Positions 59,194-64,000 of a stretch of 64,000 nucleotides of DNA are shown piece after piece. Position 1 is the stretch's first letter. The number at the start of each line of letters is the position of its first letter. The notes under the pieces were generated by a model, which had not been told where the DNA came from, ran no database searches, and was given only the letters and a program-made list of their open reading frames with translations. Source of the stretch: Clostridia bacterium (GTDB taxonomy: Bacteria; Bacillota; Clostridia; JAAYHZ01); the NCBI GenBank assembly GCA_050950825.1, contig JBMNIH010000002.1:288001-352000 (forward strand), in the 5' to 3' direction. The position numbers were made by a program, and so were the translations under genes.

Positions 59194-60378
59194 TTACAAC
59201 TCCCGTCCTCCGTCTCCTACGGTAGCGACGTAGACGGTGCAGTCGTATCCGATTCTTTCTCTGTACTTTTCGGTAACGATACGGGTAAAGCTTTCGACCG
59301 CATCTTCCTTCACCAGGCTGACGGTACATCCTCCGAAGCCGGCACCGGTCATTCGAGAACCTAACACCCCGGGTACGGTTAACGCGATTTCATACAGCGC
59401 ATCCAGCTCTTCTCCGGTCACTTCGTAATCATCCCGCAAAGAAACATGGGACATTTTCATCAGTTCTCCGAATTGAACCAAATCGTTTGCCTTCAAAGCC
59501 TCGATGGATTTTAACACCCGATCGTCTTCGGTAATAACATGCCTTGCTCTTTTGTAAAGAACGGGGTCCGTAATGTAACTTCCGAATTTTTCGAAATCCT
59601 CTTTGGACACTTCTCCGAGGAATCGGATTTTCGGCAAGAATTTTTTCAAAATCTCCAGCGCTTGGTCGCACTGGCTCCGACGTTCGTTGTATTTTACCGC
59701 CGCCAAGCTTCTTTTTTTATTGGTATTGGTAATGACCAGCTTGTGTCCTTCCATCTTCAAAGGAATCAATTCGTAGGACAAGTCTTTGCAATCCAAAAAG
59801 ATAACGTGGTCCTTTTTCCCCATAGCCGAAGAAAACTGGTCCATGATACCGCAGCTGACGCCCACAAAGTTGTTTTCCGCCTTTTGTCCGATCTTTGCAA
59901 TCTCCACCGGATCAACCTTCGTTTTCGTCCCGAATTTTTCATCGTATGCACCGAGAAGGGCCAACGCCGTCACCGTTTCGATGGCAGCCGACGAAGACAA
60001 ACCGCTTCCGATGGGAACCTCGTCGTGGCACAGCATATCGCAACCGGTTAAGGAGTAACCGTGATTCATTAATTCGAAAGCCACCCCGGCTTGGTAGTTT
60101 CCCCATTTGAGCTTTTTGGCGGACTCCAAATCGTCCAAAGAAACCTCCGTGATTTCTCCGATGTCCGTCGCCATCATCCGCAGGATTCGATCCTCTCGAG
60201 GACGTACCGCCACATAACAATTCATGTCCAAAGCCGCGGGAAGGACATATCCTCCGTTGTAATCGGTGTGCTCCCCGATCAAATTAACGCGACCGGGAGA
60301 TGCAAACACACGAATATGCTCCCTTTCCCCTTTGTATACTTCCATGAACCGGTCAATAAGCATCGTCTTTTTATCCAT
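59194..60378 (-). CDS. galK: Galactokinase
   Basis: Motifs PGRVNLIGEHTDYNGG, PIGSGLSSSAA, CGIMDQ and GAGFGGC. Confidence 0.97.
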   Translation of the reverse strand: MDKKTMLIDRFMEVYKGEREHIRVFASPGRVNLIGEHTDYNGGYVLPAALDMNCYVAVRPREDRILRMMATDIGEITEVSLDDLESAKKLKWGNYQAGVAFELMNHGYSLTGCDMLCHDEVPIGSGLSSSAAIETVTALALLGAYDEKFGTKTKVDPVEIAKIGQKAENNFVGVSCGIMDQFSSAMGKKDHVIFLDCKDLSYELIPLKMEGHKLVITNTNKKRSLAAVKYNERRSQCDQALEILKKFLPKIRFLGEVSKEDFEKFGSYITDPVLYKRARHVITEDDRVLKSIEALKANDLVQFGELMKMSHVSLRDDYEVTGEELDALYEIALTVPGVLGSRMTGAGFGGCTVSLVKEDAVESFTRIVTEKYRERIGYDCTVYVATVGDGGREL

Positions 60379-60383
60379 ACATC

Positions 60384-61367
60384 TTATCCTTCTTCCTTCT
60401 GTGTCTTCATAAATTTGGCGTAGGCTTCTCGAAGCTCCGCCGCTTTTTCTTCCGGTGCCGTAGGATTGCAGTGTGCCCAAGCTCCGGTTTCACTGGAAGC
60501 GTTGAACTTGATCTTTTCCTTCGACCGCATGGGCGGGAAGAATTCAATATGGAAATGGTAGTAATCCTTCGTATCCTCGCTGTTCACCGGGTCCTGATGC
60601 AAACACATCATATAGGGGAAAGGATAATCGAAAAGGCTGTCCAGCATGCCTACCGTTCTTTTGATACAGCGGGCCAAATCGTCTTTTTCCTTGTCGTTCA
60701 TTTGGCTTAAATTCTGCAAATGCTTTTTCGAGAAGATATACACGCCATAAGGATATTCCGTAAAGAAAGGAAGGATAACCGTAAAAGAATCGTTGTCGAA
60801 TATCACTCTTTTTTGGAATTCAACCTCGTTTTTATGCATGTCACATAGAAGGCAGCGATTCTCCTTCTCGTAATACTCCTTGCAGCTGTCTAACTCCAAT
60901 TGAATCTTTTTCGGAATTACCGAGTACCCGTATATCTGCCCGTGAGGATGAGGCATGGTGACTCCCACCGCTTCTCCCCTGTTTTCAAAAATGAATACGT
61001 ATTTGATTTTCTCGTCTTTTTGAATTTCTTCAAAACGCTCCGTCCACAAATCCACCAGCTTCCTCATATGGGCATCGGAAAGCTCGGGGAGCTTCGCGTA
61101 ATGGGAAGGCGAATACAAAATAACCTCGCATTTCCCGTACGCTTCCTTTACCTTGAAAAAGTCGGTGTCTACAGGATCCGGAACGGGAGGATTTTGCATC
61201 AGAGCCGGAAAATCGTTGTCGTATTTATACACGTCAAAATCATCCGGCACTCTTCCCGAACCGGGGCAAAACGGGCACCAGTCCTTGGGCATCTGGGGCC
61301 TGTTTTGCCTGTGGGACGCTATGATAATCCAATCCTTTATTAAAGGATGCCATCTTAATTCCGCCAT
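60384..61367 (-). CDS. galT: Galactose-1-phosphate uridylyltransferase
   Basis: Motifs CPFCPG, NDFPAL, FENRG and HPHGQ. Confidence 0.96.
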   Translation of the reverse strand: MAELRWHPLIKDWIIIASHRQNRPQMPKDWCPFCPGSGRVPDDFDVYKYDNDFPALMQNPPVPDPVDTDFFKVKEAYGKCEVILYSPSHYAKLPELSDAHMRKLVDLWTERFEEIQKDEKIKYVFIFENRGEAVGVTMPHPHGQIYGYSVIPKKIQLELDSCKEYYEKENRCLLCDMHKNEVEFQKRVIFDNDSFTVILPFFTEYPYGVYIFSKKHLQNLSQMNDKEKDDLARCIKRTVGMLDSLFDYPFPYMMCLHQDPVNSEDTKDYYHFHIEFFPPMRSKEKIKFNASSETGAWAHCNPTAPEEKAAELREAYAKFMKTQKEEG

Positions 61368-61391
61368 AATCCCACTCTTTCGTTTCTTCTT

Positions 61392-62708
61392 TTATTTCTT
61401 GAAATGACCTAAATAGTCTTTGTTCGCTTCAAACATTTCGTCCACCATGTCTTGGATTTCCTGCATACTCAAAACGGCAGAGGTCAAAGGATCAAACAAG
61501 ATTGCATGGTATACTTTTCTTGCGTCTCCCGTTAGAGCCGCTTCGACCGCCAACTCTTCACAGCGGACGCTGATATTATTCAGAAGGGCCAATTGAGGAG
61601 GCAATTTTCCGACGGCAACCGGATTCAACCCCTTCTTATTGGCAAACACGGGAACCTCCACGCAAGCGTTTTCCGGAAGATCCGGTAATAGCCCGATGTT
61701 GGGAACGTTACCGTTGAATTCATAGGGCGTGTTGTCGCCGAATACCGCATTAAAGATGTAAGCGGCGTATTCGTTGCCTCTATTTAAGTTGATATCGTCC
61801 TTTGCCAACCAATCTTCGATTTCTTTTTTCCAGACATGTTCACGTCTGCGGTATTCGTTCAGAATATACGCGTGATGCCCGGGATTCCAGCCGGTACCGT
61901 GGGTGCAGTATTTTTCAATCAAGTCCGGACGTTTCCGGAACCAAGCCACGTATTCCGAGTTGTGGCCGCTGGACTCGGTAACGTAATAGCCTAAGTGCTT
62001 GAACATTTCATTGCGTACTTGCTCTTGATTATAGATTTCCGGTTTTTCAATGGCTTCTCGGATCAAAGGATAAGCGTCTTTTCCGTTCCATTTGAAATCC
62101 AAATAGAAGGCCTGGTGGTTGATACCGGCACAAGTATAGGTAACCTCATCCATGGGAGCGCCGATCCATTTTGCCAGCATAGCCGCCGTACCCTGCACGC
62201 TGTGACACAAGCCGGAAATTTGAATCTTGCTTTGAGACTGCATTGCCCTGCACAACATGGCCATAGGATTGGTGTAGTTTAACAAGATGGCGTTAGGACA
62301 ATACTTTTCCATATCTTTTACGATGTCCAACATAACGGGGATGGTCCTTAATGCCCGGAATATGCCTGCAGGTCCTCTCGTATCCCCGACGTTGATATCC
62401 ACGCCGTACTTTTTGGGGATCAAGATATCATACTGCCATACATCCACTCCACCCTGCAGAATGGTACATACAACGCCGTCCGCGCCTTCCAAGGCTTCCG
62501 CTCGGTTTTTCGTGGCGGTAATTTTGGCTCCGTACTTTCCTTTGGCCACGATTTTTTGAACCGCTTTTTCGATGGCTGCCAGTCTCTCGTCGTCAATGTC
62601 CATTAAAGCCAAATGGCAATCGTGGAATGCGGGAAAGGACAATATGTCTCTTACCAAACTCCGCGTGAATCCGAAGCTACCTGCACCAATAAAAGCTATT
62701 TTTCTCAT
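61392..62708 (-). CDS. melA: GH4 NAD-dependent alpha-galactosidase
   Basis: Motifs [29 protein letters not shown] and TESSGH; operonic with galTK. Confidence 0.9.
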   Translation of the reverse strand: MRKIAFIGAGSFGFTRSLVRDILSFPAFHDCHLALMDIDDERLAAIEKAVQKIVAKGKYGAKITATKNRAEALEGADGVVCTILQGGVDVWQYDILIPKKYGVDINVGDTRGPAGIFRALRTIPVMLDIVKDMEKYCPNAILLNYTNPMAMLCRAMQSQSKIQISGLCHSVQGTAAMLAKWIGAPMDEVTYTCAGINHQAFYLDFKWNGKDAYPLIREAIEKPEIYNQEQVRNEMFKHLGYYVTESSGHNSEYVAWFRKRPDLIEKYCTHGTGWNPGHHAYILNEYRRREHVWKKEIEDWLAKDDINLNRGNEYAAYIFNAVFGDNTPYEFNGNVPNIGLLPDLPENACVEVPVFANKKGLNPVAVGKLPPQLALLNNISVRCEELAVEAALTGDARKVYHAILFDPLTSAVLSMQEIQDMVDEMFEANKDYLGHFKK

Positions 62709-62739
62709 ACCGTTTTCCTCCGAAAAATATATTTGAAAA

Positions 62740-64000
62740 CTATTTGTATTCAGGCAACCAATCTTTATGGGCTTCGAACAGATCATCGCACAGGGAAATG
62801 ATGTCATCAATGGAAAGCTCCGCAGATGTGTGAGGATCCAACAAAGCCGCATGGTAAACGTACTCTTTCTTTAACGTCAATGCCGCTTCGATGGTAAGAT
62901 TTTGTACGTTGATATTTGTTCGATTCAATGCCGCGCATTGCTCCGGCAAATCGCCTACAAAGCAAGGATGAATGCCGTATCCGTTTACCAAGCAAGGCAC
63001 TTCCACGCAGGCATTCGAAGGTAGGTTGGTAATCATACCGTTGTTAATAACGTTTCCGGCAATTTCGTAATGAGTATCCGTTGCGAGGGCTTTGATGATA
63101 TTGGCTGCATATTCGTGTGTCAAGCGATGTTCGATTTTCGTGTTTTCCACCAAATCCTTTCTCATGCTTTCCCAACGATTGATTTGGTTGATGCAGCGTC
63201 TGGGATATTCGTCCAAAGGTATGTTAAAGCGTTCGATCAATTCCGGGTATTTGCTTTTGATGAAATAAGGCACATACTCGGCATCGTGTTCGCCGGATTC
63301 CGTCAAATAATAACCGAACCGCTTCATGATTTCCAATCGAACCAAATTACCGGAATTTTTCAATTCCCCCGAAGCCTCCAATTCGGCAAAACGAGCTTTA
63401 ATTTCCGGATAAATGTCTCTTCCGTCGCCCTTGACTTCCAAAAGCCAAGCCATGTGGTTGATTCCCGCAACTTTTTGAACAACCTTTTGGTAGCGGTCCG
63501 CCATTTTTAACGTATGCAGAAGGCTGGAGGCACACACCTGTACGCTGTGGCACAAGCCTACGGTTTTCACATTCGAACCCCTTAAAATGGCACCGGTAAC
63601 CATGGCCATGGGGTTGGTGTAGTTCAAAAGCCATGCATCGGGGCATACTTCTTCGATTAAGCGGGCGTAATCCAGCATTACGGGAATGGTTCTTAAGGCT
63701 CGGAAAATTCCTCCGATCCCTAAAGTGTCTCCTATGGTCTGTCTTAATCCGTATTTTTTCGGAATTTCAAAATCGATAATGGTACAAGGGTCGTAACCGC
63801 CTACTTGGATGGCGTTGACAAGATAAGAAGCACCCTTGAAGGCTTCCCTGCTGTCGCTGTATGCTTTTATAATCATCGGTTCGCCGTAGTTGGCGTTGAT
63901 ATTTTTCATCATTCGGTACGAATCATCCAAACGAACCGGATCAATATCGTACAATGCCAATTCCGACCCTTTCAATTCCGGGGTCAGTACGATGTCGCCT
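62740..64000 (-). CDS. GH4 alpha-galactosidase/alpha-glucosidase (5'-partial)
   Basis: Motifs [23 protein letters not shown] and GINHMAW; the frame stays open to the window edge. Confidence 0.92.
   Translation of the reverse strand, partial: GDIVLTPELKGSELALYDIDPVRLDDSYRMMKNINANYGEPMIIKAYSDSREAFKGASYLVNAIQVGGYDPCTIIDFEIPKKYGLRQTIGDTLGIGGIFRALRTIPVMLDYARLIEEVCPDAWLLNYTNPMAMVTGAILRGSNVKTVGLCHSVQVCASSLLHTLKMADRYQKVVQKVAGINHMAWLLEVKGDGRDIYPEIKARFAELEASGELKNSGNLVRLEIMKRFGYYLTESGEHDAEYVPYFIKSKYPELIERFNIPLDEYPRRCINQINRWESMRKDLVENTKIEHRLTHEYAANIIKALATDTHYEIAGNVINNGMITNLPSNACVEVPCLVNGYGIHPCFVGDLPEQCAALNRTNINVQNLTIEAALTLKKEYVYHAALLDPHTSAELSIDDIISLCDDLFEAHKDWLPEYK

Overview
64-kb chromosomal window from a low-GC Firmicute, probably Clostridia (inferred from sigmaA-type promoters, AGGAGG ribosome-binding sites, a T-box and the gene content). 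Core genes include valS with a Val T-box, nadE, galT-galK, tRNA-His and tRNA-Gln. Much of the rest is carbohydrate catabolism: two heparinase II/III-family proteins, a GH63-like hydrolase, two GH4 enzymes, tandem sugar-phosphate epimerases and a SIS/TIM/YjbQ/isomerase operon. Also present are an MBOAT-DHHW O-acetylation operon, a yybP-ykoY-controlled GDT1 transporter, a membrane pyrophosphatase divergent from a KdpD/E-like pair, a GntR-ABC operon, three IS elements and several pseudogenes. No CRISPR array, prophage or rRNA was seen. Best leads: (1) a macrodomain-HTH gene followed by a perfect palindrome at an activator-like position before a vWA gene; (2) the SIS-TIM-YjbQ-hydrolase-isomerase operon for an unknown sugar; (3) NadE with the glutaminase Cys replaced by Gly; (4) an IS30 with a 13-bp target duplication and reiterated end motifs; (5) a structured leader on the pyrophosphatase gene; (6) a dispersed, decaying family of orphan solute-binding lipoproteins. 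All calls come from reading motifs by eye; no database searches were run.
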